The notes under the pieces were generated by a model. The model was not told the origin of the DNA. It did not search any database and was given only the letters and a program-made list of their open reading frames with translations. Of a stretch of 64,000 nucleotides of DNA, positions 8,655 to 18,287 are shown in pieces. Origin of the DNA: Candidatus Omnitrophota bacterium (lineage in GTDB: Bacteria; Omnitrophota; Gorgyraeia; Velamenicoccales; JABMQK01); contig JAQTSV010000001.1 of NCBI GenBank assembly GCA_028711115.1, positions 774,032-838,031 on the forward strand. The letters are read 5' to 3'. Both the position numbers and the translations under genes were made by a program. The number at the start of each line of letters is the position of its first letter. The stretch's first letter is position 1.

Positions 8655-10013
8655 TTATTCCTCAACCTCTTTTTCCTTCAGGAGATTTTCTACGAAATGA
8701 GTGGAAAACTTACCATCCTTAAATGCCTGGTTTTCCAGCACTTGTTTATGAAACGGGATAGTTGTTTTTATTGGTTCAATAACAAATTCATCCAATGCCC
8801 TTCTCATTATGCTCAGGGCTTCTTTTCGGTTTCTGCCGTGTACGATTAATTTGGCAAGCAGGGAATCATAGTAGGGGCTTACGGTGTAATTCTGGTAGAT
8901 ATGGCTGTCCACTCTTACATTTGGTCCGCCTGGAAAGTTCAATGATTCTATTTTGCCCGGGCAGGGAGCGAATTGATTCTGCGGATCCTCGGCATTTATT
9001 CTGCATTCTATAGCGTGGCCTTTGAATTCTATGTCTTCTTGCTGGATAGACAATTTTTCGCCACTGGATATTTTTAACTGTTCCTTAATAATATCAATAC
9101 CGGTGACCAATTCTGTTACGGGATGTTCGACTTGTACCCGCGTATTCATTTCCATAAAATAGAAATCGCCTTTTTTGTCTAAGAGGAATTCTATCGTGCC
9201 GATGTTATGGTAATTTACTGCCTTTGCGCCCCTTATGGCCATTTCCCCCATTTTCTTTCTTAATTTGCTGTCCAAGGCAGGACACGGTGATTCTTCAATG
9301 AGTTTTTGGTGCCTTCTTTGTATGCTGCAGTCTCTTTCTCTGAGATGGATGACTCTGCCGTAATTATCGGCAATGATTTGAAATTCTATATGCCGGGGTT
9401 CGTCTATATATTTTTCGATATAGACATCGGGATTGCCGAAACTTGCCTCTGCCTCTGCTTGGGCTGTCATAAGTGCGCTGATAAGACGCACATCGTTGTG
9501 GCATATGCGCATTCCTTTGCCGCCGCCGCCCGCAGCAGCTTTTATAATTACAGGATAACCTACTCTGTGAGCGATACGCAGGGCTTCTTCTTTTGCCTTG
9601 ATTACAGTTGTGCTTCCTGGCGTAACCGGGAGGCCTGCCTTGCGCATATTTTCTCTGGCTGCCATTTTGTCACCCATAAGCCGTATAGATTCGGGTGTAG
9701 GGCCGATAAATTTAATTTGGCAGGATTCGCATATTTCTGCAAAATGTGCATTCTCCGCGAGAAATCCATAGCCAGGGTGGATAGCTTCCACGTCTGTTAT
9801 TTCCGCAGCGCTTATAATCGACGGTATGTTTAGATAACTATTTGCCGCCGGAGGCGTTCCGATGCATACAGCGGCATCCGCCATTCTTACATGCATGGCA
9901 TCTTTGTCTATTTCCGAGTAGACAGCTACGGTACGTATATTCAGCTCTTTGCATGCGCGGATAATACGCAGCGCTATCTCTCCTCTGTTCGCGATTAGAA
10001 TTTTAGAAAACAT
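8655..10013 (-). CDS. accC: acetyl-CoA carboxylase biotin carboxylase subunit
   Basis: 452 aa with [21 protein letters not shown], an ATP-grasp domain (GGGGKGMR) and [14 protein letters not shown]. Confidence 0.95.
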   Translation of the reverse strand: MFSKILIANRGEIALRIIRACKELNIRTVAVYSEIDKDAMHVRMADAAVCIGTPPAANSYLNIPSIISAAEITDVEAIHPGYGFLAENAHFAEICESCQIKFIGPTPESIRLMGDKMAARENMRKAGLPVTPGSTTVIKAKEEALRIAHRVGYPVIIKAAAGGGGKGMRICHNDVRLISALMTAQAEAEASFGNPDVYIEKYIDEPRHIEFQIIADNYGRVIHLRERDCSIQRRHQKLIEESPCPALDSKLRKKMGEMAIRGAKAVNYHNIGTIEFLLDKKGDFYFMEMNTRVQVEHPVTELVTGIDIIKEQLKISSGEKLSIQQEDIEFKGHAIECRINAEDPQNQFAPCPGKIESLNFPGGPNVRVDSHIYQNYTVSPYYDSLLAKLIVHGRNRKEALSIMRRALDEFVIEPIKTTIPFHKQVLENQAFKDGKFSTHFVENLLKEKEVEE

Positions 10014-10024
10014 AGTCTATAATT

Positions 10025-10483
10025 TTACACTGGTTCAATAAGGAATAAAGGTTGTCCGAATTCCACCGGATGCCCGTTTTCGACCAGAGCCTCTACGACC
10101 TTACCTTTTACTTCTGATTTTATTTCGTTCATCAGCTTCATTGCCTCGATAATACAAACAACCTGTCCTATTTCGACAATCTGTCCTACCTCAATAAAAG
10201 GTTGAGATTCCGGTGAGGGCGCACGATAGAAAGTTCCTACCATAGGTGCATTTATTTCAATGAGATTTTTTGCAGATTCTTCTTTTTTGGGTTGCGACTG
10301 GATAGATTCCTGAGTCATGGTGAATTGCGGGATGGTGACTATTTGCGACGGCGTCGATGTTTTTTCACCGCCGACAGACTCTTTCTTCAGGCGTATGCGC
10401 ATGCCTTCTTTTTCTATCTCCAGCTCAAGCAGGTGATTTTCATTCATTAACGCTATCATCTCTTTAATTTCTTTGATATTCAT
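10025..10483 (-). CDS. accB: biotin carboxyl carrier protein
   Basis: 152 aa with the biotinylation motif EAMKLMNEI. Confidence 0.95.
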   Translation of the reverse strand: MNIKEIKEMIALMNENHLLELEIEKEGMRIRLKKESVGGEKTSTPSQIVTIPQFTMTQESIQSQPKKEESAKNLIEINAPMVGTFYRAPSPESQPFIEVGQIVEIGQVVCIIEAMKLMNEIKSEVKGKVVEALVENGHPVEFGQPLFLIEPV

Positions 10484-10516
10484 TTTGCTCTCCTTAAATA
10501 AAAATTCTACTTCTTA

Positions 10517-11077
10517 TTAAACTCTTCCCAGATATTCTCCGGTTCGGGTATCGACTTTTATTACGTCGCCTAAATTTACGAATAACGGCACCTGAATTAC
10601 CGCGCCGGTTTCGATGGTGGCCGGTTTACCGCTGCTTTTTGTGGAGTCTCCTTTAAAGCCGGGCTCGGTATGAATAATTTTGAATTCTATGGAATTTGGC
10701 AAAGATATGTTAAGCATTTCTTTATTAAAAAAGAATACGGAAACTATGAGATTATCTTTGAGAAATTTTGTAGCGTCGCCGAGCCTTTCTTTTTCGATAG
10801 ATATATCTTCGAAGCTATCCTGGTCTAAAAAATGATATGTATCGCCGGCCTGGTAGGAATACTGGAGATTTTTTTCCTCGATAAAGGCTTCCTGGATTTT
10901 ATCGTCAGACCTGAATGTGCGTTCAATTACGGTGCCTAATTTCAGATTCTTTAGTCTTGTGCGTGCGAAGGCAGCGCCTTTGCCCGGTTTTACGTGGTCA
11001 ACACTTATAACCATAAAGGCGTCGTTTCCTATAGTTATGGTTACGCCTGTTTTTAATTGATTGATTTCAAGAGTCAC
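10517..11077 (-). CDS. efp: elongation factor P
   Basis: 186 aa with VKPGKGAAFARTRLKNL. Confidence 0.95.
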   Translation of the reverse strand: MTLEINQLKTGVTITIGNDAFMVISVDHVKPGKGAAFARTRLKNLKLGTVIERTFRSDDKIQEAFIEEKNLQYSYQAGDTYHFLDQDSFEDISIEKERLGDATKFLKDNLIVSVFFFNKEMLNISLPNSIEFKIIHTEPGFKGDSTKSSGKPATIETGAVIQVPLFVNLGDVIKVDTRTGEYLGRV

Positions 11078-12116
11078 TTAACACCTCCGCGCCGTTGTGC
11101 GTTACGCATATCATGTCTTCTACCCTTACTCCGAATTTATCAGGCAGGTAAATTCCCGGCTCTACCGTAAATACCATACCTTGTTTAAGTATATCTTTAT
11201 TTTTTTGGTATATCCTGGGCAATTCGTGTATTTCTAATCCTATGCCGTGCCCTAAGGAGTGTTTAAAGTATTTAGCGAATCCTTTTTTGGCTATAAATTC
11301 TCTTGCTTCTTTATCTATTTTATTTATGGGTATACCTGGACGAATTACGCTGATTGCTTTCTTTTGGGCAGCTTGAACAATGCCGTATATTTTTCTAAAC
11401 AGAGTGTCCATTTTACCCAAAAAGAACACCCTTGTCAAGTCAGACTTATATCCTTCACAATCGACTCCCAAATCGATTAAAACCGGTTCATTCTGGGCTA
11501 TAATTCTCTGAGTTTTTTTGGCATGCGGAAAGCTGGAATGAGGCCCGGAGGCGACTATTATCTCAAAAGCGGTACCCGTAGTTCCTTTCAAACGGATATA
11601 GCGTTCTATTTCAGCGGCAAGCTCTATTTCTTTCATTCCCGGCCTTAGGATTTTTCCTACATATTTTAAAGTTTCTAAAGTTATGGATGTGGATTTTTTG
11701 ATTAATTTTAGCTCCTGGCTGTCTTTTATAATCCGCATATCCTCTACTATTTTTCTGACAGGGATAAGTTTTTTCGCAGATACAGATTTTAGTTTTTGAT
11801 AATAAGAAAAACTGATATGTTCTTCTTCGAAGGCGAGATTTTTTATTCTTAGTTTCTTATTTAAATCCCTGATAGTCTGAATCAAAGGTTTATTTATTTC
11901 TAAAATCTTGGTTTCGCTATTTTTCAGGAGATTTCTGTATTCGGATGAATAACGAAAATCGGTGATAAGTATGCTATTTTTTTCGTTGATAAAGAGAGAT
12001 GAGTCTTGCGTGGGGAATCCTGTAAGATAGGATACGTTTGCTGGATGCGACAAAATTATCGCGTCCATCCCCTTTCTTCTGAGGATATTTCTTAACCTTG
12101 CTATTCGGCGAGTCAT
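11067..12116 (-). CDS. pepP: Xaa-Pro aminopeptidase (M24 family)
   Basis: 349 aa with HSLGHGIGLEIHE and VEPGIY...GVRVED. Confidence 0.85.
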   Translation of the reverse strand: MTRRIARLRNILRRKGMDAIILSHPANVSYLTGFPTQDSSLFINEKNSILITDFRYSSEYRNLLKNSETKILEINKPLIQTIRDLNKKLRIKNLAFEEEHISFSYYQKLKSVSAKKLIPVRKIVEDMRIIKDSQELKLIKKSTSITLETLKYVGKILRPGMKEIELAAEIERYIRLKGTTGTAFEIIVASGPHSSFPHAKKTQRIIAQNEPVLIDLGVDCEGYKSDLTRVFFLGKMDTLFRKIYGIVQAAQKKAISVIRPGIPINKIDKEAREFIAKKGFAKYFKHSLGHGIGLEIHELPRIYQKNKDILKQGMVFTVEPGIYLPDKFGVRVEDMICVTHNGAEVLSDS

Positions 12117-12556
12117 CTAGATTTTATGATATCAATTGCTGCTTCCAGGGCGAGTACATAACTTAACGGCCCGAATCCCGAGATTTGCCCTTTTGAGACC
12201 GGCGCGATAAGAGAAGTCTGCCTGAATGTTTCCCTGGAATAGATGTTGGATAAATGGACTTCTATGGTAGGTACACCAGATGCCACAATGGCGTCTCTGA
12301 TGGCTACGCTTGTATGTGTGTATGCCGCAGGATTGATTATTATAACTTCAAATTTAGTTTTGGCCTTGCCAAATAAATCCACAATTTCGCCTTCGTGGTT
12401 GGATTGGGCTATTTTCAATTGTACCTTTTCTTTGGCGGCTATTTTCAAAAGCATTTTATTGATTTTATCCAATGAGACTTTTCCGTAAATATCCGGCTCC
12501 CTCTCACCCAAGAGGTTAAGATTTGGTCCGTGTATGACTAATATCCGTTTTGACAT
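12113..12556 (-). CDS. aroQ: type II 3-dehydroquinate dehydratase
   Basis: 147 aa with ILVIHGPNLNLLGEREPDIYG and INPAAYTHTSVAIRDA. Confidence 0.95.
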   Translation of the reverse strand: MSKRILVIHGPNLNLLGEREPDIYGKVSLDKINKMLLKIAAKEKVQLKIAQSNHEGEIVDLFGKAKTKFEVIIINPAAYTHTSVAIRDAIVASGVPTIEVHLSNIYSRETFRQTSLIAPVSKGQISGFGPLSYVLALEAAIDIIKSR

Positions 12557-12588
12557 TTGTTGCTCCTTTTATTTTGTTGGAAATAATT

Positions 12589-12744
12589 TTATTCTTCTGC
12601 TTCGTCAATAAGCATTACAGGGATACCGTCTTTTATGGGATATTTTCTGTTGCATTTGCTACAGACGATTTTATTGTTTTCCAGTTTTACATCTGCCTTG
12701 CATGCCGGGCAGGCGAGTATTTTTAACAATTCCTCGTCGATCAC
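12589..12744 (-). CDS. Trm112/YcaR-family small zinc-ribbon protein
   Basis: Hand-translated 51 aa from a GTG start: VIDEELLKILACPACKADVKLENNKIVCSKCNRKYPIKDGIPVMLIDEAEE. The GTG overlaps the upstream stop as GTGA. It is below the 60-aa cutoff of the ORF track. Confidence 0.8.
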   Translation of the reverse strand: MIDEELLKILACPACKADVKLENNKIVCSKCNRKYPIKDGIPVMLIDEAEE

Positions 12745-13088
12745 GTGTTTATCCTTTCCTTCTTGGATACGTATTTCAAATGAAAATCATACAATAAACT
12801 CTCAACCATTTGCCCTTCTTCTTTGGTGAGGTTATTTTTTGTCTTCTCCTTAAGCATATCTATGATATCTATGAGGTATTTTGCCTGGTCGAGATTTTCT
12901 TCGGTTTTATTTGTCATAGGATTAGGTATTTCTCCTAAGGCGATAGCTGCTTGTATGCCCAGTGTGGTTATGAAGAAACTAAAGGTAGCCTCTGGTATGG
13001 GTATTTCTTTTTCCTTGGCGGGTTCTTTTTTTTCTTTTTCTACGGATTCTTTCCATGATTCATCGATTTTTTTGTCTTTTTCTTCCAT
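12741..13088 (-). CDS. DUF1844 domain protein
   Basis: 115 aa. An acidic/lysine-rich N-terminus is followed by TFSFFITTLGIQAAIALGEIPNP...LDQAKYLIDIIDMLKEKTKNNL, which is characteristic of DUF1844. Confidence 0.7.
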   Translation of the reverse strand: MEEKDKKIDESWKESVEKEKKEPAKEKEIPIPEATFSFFITTLGIQAAIALGEIPNPMTNKTEENLDQAKYLIDIIDMLKEKTKNNLTKEEGQMVESLLYDFHLKYVSKKERINT

Positions 13089-13106
13089 TTGTTTTACCCT
13101 TTCTTT

Positions 13107-13916
13107 TTAAGAAATAGTGATGCCCGCATATCCTACCACAGCGTCATAATCTCCGGAGACATCACCGCTAGTCTGATATTTTACAAGCCTTGCTTTTTTT
13201 GCTCCTAATTTTTTTGCCGCCATTATTGTTATGGCCGCAGGCACATAACCACACATGGTAATATTATGTTTTTCCACGCGTTCAATAAGCGAATCTGCAT
13301 CTAAATTTAGGATAGCTTCGATAGCCAGGTTATCTTTTTGCTTGGCTGATTCCTGGGATTCGTAATGCGTCATATCCGAACTGGCCACAATCAGTGTTTT
13401 GTCTTTAATGCCAAGATTTGTAATCGTATTAAATATCGCCTGGGCTATTTTTTCGTATTCTGGTTTTTGCGCAGGCATAAGCACCAGCGGCACAATGGAA
13501 AATTTATCTTTACTTAAGAATTGCAGAATCGGCAATTCTACTTCCAGCGAGTGTTCATAAGCCTGAGCCTGTATATCTTCTTTAATCAGAGGACACTCTT
13601 TCTTTAAGCTTTCGGCAATTGCAGAATTAATCTCTACTTCTCCCAGCGGCGTCTGCCAAAAACCTCGGGACATAATGCTAAAAAGTGTTCCTAAACCGGT
13701 ATGGTTTGGTCCCAAAAGCAGAATGTTTTCTTTTATATCTATGCTGTTTGCTGTGTTGACAGCCACTTCTCCGGAATAGACATATCCTGCATGAGGCATG
13801 ACGCAGGCCAAGGCGTTTTCTTTTTTTGTTTCTTTTATAAAAGAACTTATTTGCTTTTCCAGGGTATTCTTGTTAGCCGGATAGAATTTACCTGCTACGA
13901 TAGCTTCCCGTATCAT
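13107..13916 (-). CDS. Memo-like protein (AmmeMemoRadiSam system protein B family)
   Basis: 269 aa with REAIVAGKFYPAN, PHAGYVYSG, GPNH and SSDMTHY. Confidence 0.8.
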   Translation of the reverse strand: MIREAIVAGKFYPANKNTLEKQISSFIKETKKENALACVMPHAGYVYSGEVAVNTANSIDIKENILLLGPNHTGLGTLFSIMSRGFWQTPLGEVEINSAIAESLKKECPLIKEDIQAQAYEHSLEVELPILQFLSKDKFSIVPLVLMPAQKPEYEKIAQAIFNTITNLGIKDKTLIVASSDMTHYESQESAKQKDNLAIEAILNLDADSLIERVEKHNITMCGYVPAAITIMAAKKLGAKKARLVKYQTSGDVSGDYDAVVGYAGITIS

Positions 13917-13926
13917 ATTAATCAGA

Positions 13927-14829
13927 TTAATTAAACAATGCTTCCAGTTTTTTCTTTGCCAAGATGATTTCTTTTGCAGTGGCTGGTTTATGTGCCTCGA
14001 TTACTTTTATCGTATCTTTCTTTAAATACGGTTTTATTTCTTTAAAATCTATCTCACCGCTGAAAGGCGCTTTGTGGTCTTTAAGATTTTTGACGTCATG
14101 CAGATGTATACCAAGTAGATTCTTTTTATATGTTTTCAGATAATCGAGGTGTTTAGTCAAGCCTAGTTCTGACAAAATATAAGCGTGACCCGTATCATGC
14201 CAGTAGCCCACTCCCTTTTTGGCGAAATTATCCAGGAATATCTTTATCTCGTCGAAGTTAGGTATTTCTCTTATGTAGATTCTGTTTTCGATTCCCAGTT
14301 TAATCCCCAGATTAAATGCAAAATCCGCCAATTCCCTTATGCTTAAAAATATACTGTCTAAAAATTTCTGCTTGTTGGTTTTTCTTTGTTTGAGCGCTAA
14401 TTCTCTTAACGATTCAAACTGGCAGGTGTTTTTTTTATTGCTGTGTTTTAGATTAACCAGTTCTTTTGTATAATCGTGTATTTCTACCCTGCCTGTGTGT
14501 AAAACAACTGCCTTGGCTTTTAGTCTTTTTGCAGTTAATACGGTTCTCTTGGCAAACTTAATTGCCGTTTCTCTTTCATAAGTATCCGGCGACGATAGAC
14601 TATAACAATCTGGTAGTGCTTTCTTTCGAGGCAGGCCGTCAGGAACAGGACAGAAATTATGCAGACTGATAACCCTTATGCCTTGATTTTTGTATATCTC
14701 GTTTACTTCTCTTTGCGTGTGAGAGAAACATAATTCAATATACCCAAAGCCTAAGTTTCTTATTTCATCAACAATTTGTTTACCAGAATTGTTGCAGTTA
14801 GTGTTCCACGAAGTCGACAGTGCTAGCAT
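13927..14829 (-). CDS. xylose-isomerase-like TIM-barrel protein (sugar phosphate isomerase/epimerase family)
   Basis: 300 aa with GFGYIEL, VVLHTG, GIEN and HDTGHA metal-ligand-like motifs. Its ATG overlaps the rpsU stop (TAATG). Confidence 0.65.
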   Translation of the reverse strand: MLALSTSWNTNCNNSGKQIVDEIRNLGFGYIELCFSHTQREVNEIYKNQGIRVISLHNFCPVPDGLPRKKALPDCYSLSSPDTYERETAIKFAKRTVLTAKRLKAKAVVLHTGRVEIHDYTKELVNLKHSNKKNTCQFESLRELALKQRKTNKQKFLDSIFLSIRELADFAFNLGIKLGIENRIYIREIPNFDEIKIFLDNFAKKGVGYWHDTGHAYILSELGLTKHLDYLKTYKKNLLGIHLHDVKNLKDHKAPFSGEIDFKEIKPYLKKDTIKVIEAHKPATAKEIILAKKKLEALFN

Positions 14830-14993
14830 TATCTTTTGCCGCTGCGGATTTTCTTTCTCTTCTTCTCGCTGGGTTTTTCGTAGTGTTTTCTGTCCTTGAT
14901 TTCACGAAGTATACCATCTCGTTCAATCTTTTTCTTGAACCTACGAAGCGCGGACTCAAAACTCTCGTTACTGCGTACTTCTACTCCTGGCAT
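14829..14993 (-). CDS. rpsU: 30S ribosomal protein S21
   Basis: Hand-translated 54 aa: [65 protein letters not shown] lies upstream. It is missed by the ORF track because it is under 60 aa. Confidence 0.95.
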   Translation of the reverse strand: MPGVEVRSNESFESALRRFKKKIERDGILREIKDRKHYEKPSEKKRKKIRSGKR

Positions 14994-15020
14994 CTATTAT
15001 CACTCTCCCTTTTTTCCATA

Positions 15021-15049
15021 ACTATATCATCTAACGTCAAATATGTCAA
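15021..15049 (-). promoter_or_regulatory. sigma70-like promoter upstream of rpsU
   Basis: The minus strand reads TTGACA-17 nt-TATAGT, followed by the SD and the rpsU ATG. Confidence 0.6.
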
Positions 15050-15089
15050 TGTCTTATATTTGCTTTTTAAAGGCGGGGAAATACAATCT

Positions 15090-15806
15090 TTATTCTAATT
15101 CAAATGATACTTCCAGGTTGAATGAGCGGTCGTCATACCTTAAATCTTTGGGGAATAGCGGGAATGGCGAAGATTTTTCAATGGCGTTTGTGACTATTTT
15201 TCTCAGGGTTTTATCTGTAGAAGATTTGTCATCAACAATGTGTAATTCTTTTAATACGCCGTTGGAAGCTACGGTAAAATAAATGAATATCTTGCCTTCG
15301 CGAGGGTAATCAAAATAGAAATATTGGTTGGAATAATAATAGACTTTATCCTGGATTTTCTTTCTTATAACGTCTCTGTATCCCAGATACACCGGATCCT
15401 TAGACATTTCCACGGGGATGCTGAAACTTATCTTTTGTTTTTTCGGCGTTGTAGGCTGTAGTTGTGGTTTTGATACGGCAATTGTTTCCTGCGGTTTTAC
15501 AAATTGAGAAAGGTCTAATTTGTAAGGCTGTTCTATCTGTGGTTTGCGGGGTTCTTCTATTCTGACTTTGTCTTGAGGCAGGTCTGTTTTAGGCAGGCTT
15601 CTCTGCTTTATGCTCAAAAGCTCTTTGCTTATTCCGCCTCTGTCGACGCTGCTCTTTATTCCTGTGGCGCTTTTGTATGTCACCTCTATATTGGTAAGCT
15701 CTTTCTTTTGCGGGATATTTTTAAACAGAGGAATTGCAGTCAGAATTGCCGTGTGAATAACCAATGACAATAACAGCGTTACGGATGCGACGTTCTCTTG
15801 TTCCAT
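15090..15806 (-). CDS. tonB: energy transducer TonB
   Basis: 238 aa with an N-terminal TM helix, a Pro/Lys/Gln-rich spacer and a C-terminal TonB domain (GKIFIYFTVASNGVLKELHIV...SPFPLFP). Confidence 0.85.
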   Translation of the reverse strand: MEQENVASVTLLLSLVIHTAILTAIPLFKNIPQKKELTNIEVTYKSATGIKSSVDRGGISKELLSIKQRSLPKTDLPQDKVRIEEPRKPQIEQPYKLDLSQFVKPQETIAVSKPQLQPTTPKKQKISFSIPVEMSKDPVYLGYRDVIRKKIQDKVYYYSNQYFYFDYPREGKIFIYFTVASNGVLKELHIVDDKSSTDKTLRKIVTNAIEKSSPFPLFPKDLRYDDRSFNLEVSFELE

Positions 15807-15905
15807 TGTTTTTGCGGAGCGGCACGTTTTAGCCGCACCGCTCCGTCCTTTTCTACAATTCTATATGTTTATTTCAAGTTGTCAATTATAAAATCATGGA
15901 TATTT

Positions 15906-17945
15906 CTAGAATTCGAGCTTTACTCCCAGCGCAAAATTCCTTCCCGGAGACGGATAATAATTAACAGCTGTGGCGGTAGAGTTTGTCACAGCATATTCGC
16001 AGTATTTTCTATCAAACATATTATTTATATTAAAAAAGAATTCAAAGTTTTGTTTTTTGTAACTTATCCTCAAGTCAGCTGTAATGTAAGAATCCAGTTT
16101 ACCCGCAGCATTTGCCTGGTCGCTAATCATATACCTTCGGCCCACGAAATTAATCACAGGAATTACATTTATATTCTCCCAAAATCCTAAATTAATCCCG
16201 GCACTTGCCTTATTTAGCGGCACCATAGGAATGGTATTATTGTTATAGGTGCCATTGCGAAATCTTGCCCTTGTGTACATCCAGTTGGCGAATACGCTTA
16301 TGCGTTTAGTCAAAAGAAAATCAACCTGCAGATTCAGACCTTGGTGGCGCGTTTTTTCATAATTATCGTTTTTAAAAGTAACTGGATCGTAGTAAATTTC
16401 ATTATCTATATCCATATTAAACATAGTGAAATCCATTCTCAAATATTGATTAAAGGCATGGCGTAATCCTGCATCGAAACCAAAGGCAGTTTGCGTACTT
16501 AATCCTGTATTAAGCTGTCTATCCCACGGCGCAACAGACATATAGTATAAAAATTCATCTGTCAACGGAGAACGAAAATTCTTGGAGGCGTTACAGAATA
16601 GTTGAGTGTCTGGATTTAAAACATACACCAGCCCTGCCTTATAAGCTTCTTCTTTTCTTTTTTCTTCAGTGCATATATTAGAATAGGTGCCGGTTAAATC
16701 TACGTAGTTAAAACCGTACTCTATGTATTCTTGTCGGAAACCCACCTCCAGCGAAAGCTTGTCAGTCATATTAAAAGAGTCGCTTGCATATACGCCTAAG
16801 CTGTTTTTATCAATATCGTTATCCTTGCTTTTTGTATCAGTTTGAGTATCGTAATCGTTTAGCTTGGTATCGGTTTTGTAAAAGTCCATCCCGACAATAA
16901 GTTTATTAGGTTTTCCGAATATATCCAGTGTGCAGGTATAATTAGGCGTAAGCGAAAATGTGTCAATTAATGTATCACTTATAGTTGGTGTCCACCAGTT
17001 CGGCCAATAAGATACAGAAGTCCTTCTCCTGAAAGAAAAGTCGACATTTAGTATGCCAGAATTAAAAGTTATCCCTTCAAGGCCCACAGTTGTATAATAA
17101 TCTTTTTCTCCTACGTTATTGTCTCTTTCGCTGGCCTTTGAATCACGTCTGCTCAGAGTCGCAAACTCTTCTTTATTTAATGGACCAGGCAGGCCCAAAT
17201 CAGCCTCATGATAATTACTGTTCAATTTTAGAGATAAGCTGCTATTTAAGTTGTATTTTAACTTTGCGCCGAAATCGCTGCTTCTGTATTCGCTGTTTTG
17301 GCGGTAGCCATTTGTATCAAAATGCGACGACGTAAAAGAGTAAGATAGATTTTCCGTAGCTCCATCGCAGGAAATGCTCTGTTTATTCATATTATAACTC
17401 CCGGCTGAATTATAAACCGAGAATTTTGGCTTTTGTGTTTTTCCGGATTTAGTAATTATATTAACAACTCCACCAACAGCATTATCTCCGTATAGAACGC
17501 TGCCTGTTCCTCCGTGTAAAATTTCAATTCTTTCAACTCTATCTAGTGGTATCTGCATCCAATCAACGCCGCTAAGGTCAGGAGTATTGACTCTTCTGCC
17601 GTCCACAAGGACGAGGGTATTGCTGTTTGATGCCTCTCCAAAACCTCTTATATCTATGGAAGATCTGGCACCGTTTCCATAATAATCCCTTACCACTACG
17701 CCTTTTATTGTTCTAAATACATCTAGAAGTATTTCTGCTCCGGAATTTTCAATATCTTCTTTTGTGATAATAGATATTTCACCTGTAGAATTCTGAAATT
17801 TTTGCGAAAAACGATTAGGCGTGATTATTATTTTTTGCAGTTGTTCGGGCGTTTGATCTTGAGTATTTTCTTCTGCTGTTCCGATATCTGCAATATTGAC
17901 AACTAATGCTAACACAAGAATAATTTTTACTATCACAGGTTTCAT
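15906..17945 (-). CDS. btuB: TonB-dependent outer-membrane receptor, BtuB-like (cobalamin riboswitch-controlled)
   Basis: Signal peptide MKPVIVKIILVLALVV, a plug domain (ITKEDIENSGA, LVLVDGRR), a beta-barrel, and a C-terminal ...GVKLEF. I moved the start to ATG 17945 (SD AAGGAGAAAAAAATG) because the track's longer start lies inside the riboswitch terminator. Confidence 0.85.
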   Translation of the reverse strand: MKPVIVKIILVLALVVNIADIGTAEENTQDQTPEQLQKIIITPNRFSQKFQNSTGEISIITKEDIENSGAEILLDVFRTIKGVVVRDYYGNGARSSIDIRGFGEASNSNTLVLVDGRRVNTPDLSGVDWMQIPLDRVERIEILHGGTGSVLYGDNAVGGVVNIITKSGKTQKPKFSVYNSAGSYNMNKQSISCDGATENLSYSFTSSHFDTNGYRQNSEYRSSDFGAKLKYNLNSSLSLKLNSNYHEADLGLPGPLNKEEFATLSRRDSKASERDNNVGEKDYYTTVGLEGITFNSGILNVDFSFRRRTSVSYWPNWWTPTISDTLIDTFSLTPNYTCTLDIFGKPNKLIVGMDFYKTDTKLNDYDTQTDTKSKDNDIDKNSLGVYASDSFNMTDKLSLEVGFRQEYIEYGFNYVDLTGTYSNICTEEKRKEEAYKAGLVYVLNPDTQLFCNASKNFRSPLTDEFLYYMSVAPWDRQLNTGLSTQTAFGFDAGLRHAFNQYLRMDFTMFNMDIDNEIYYDPVTFKNDNYEKTRHQGLNLQVDFLLTKRISVFANWMYTRARFRNGTYNNNTIPMVPLNKASAGINLGFWENINVIPVINFVGRRYMISDQANAAGKLDSYITADLRISYKKQNFEFFFNINNMFDRKYCEYAVTNSTATAVNYYPSPGRNFALGVKLEF

Positions 17946-17964
17946 TTTTTTCTCCTTTTTTGTC

Positions 17965-18015
17965 CTTAAAATAAAAAGCCCCGAACACAACTACCAAACG
18001 TAGTTACATTCGGGG
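17965..18015 (-). terminator. intrinsic terminator forming the expression platform of the cobalamin riboswitch
   Basis: The minus strand reads CCCCGAAtgtAACTACgtttgGTAGTTgtgTTCGGGG followed by CTTTTTATTTT, immediately before the SD of the receptor gene. Confidence 0.75.
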
Positions 18016-18019
18016 TGCA

Positions 18020-18265
18020 CCCAGTTTACTTATCCCAAATTTATCAGTTTATTCTGCTGTTCCGCGCAGCATCATAAAACTTTAATTTACAGGTAGGTCT
18101 TCTGACTTTCCTATTGCCTTAAATCGCCTTCCCAACTTTCGTCAGTGGCTTTTACTATTTAAGGCATTTTAACCTAACAATTACTGATTAATTTAGGTAT
18201 AGGATTACAGCGGCGGGACCGTAGCTGACTCCCTTTTTATAGGTCACAGCTTTCCCCATTAAGTT
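18020..18265 (-). promoter_or_regulatory. cobalamin (B12) riboswitch
   Basis: The minus strand contains AAAAGGGAGTCAGC...GGTCCCGCCGCTGTAATCC, GCCACTG...GGGAAGGCG and the B12 box AGTCAGAAGACCTACC, in the order expected for the cobalamin riboswitch consensus. Confidence 0.85.
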
Positions 18266-18287
18266 AATACGCCTGTAAAATACCGAT

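Noticed and set aside
17946-17997. The N-terminal extension of the TonB-dependent receptor ORF (start 17990) and the 60-aa ORF at 17815-17997.
   Set aside because: These codons fall inside the riboswitch terminator hairpin and U-tract. A strong SD plus ATG at 17945 gives a normal signal peptide.
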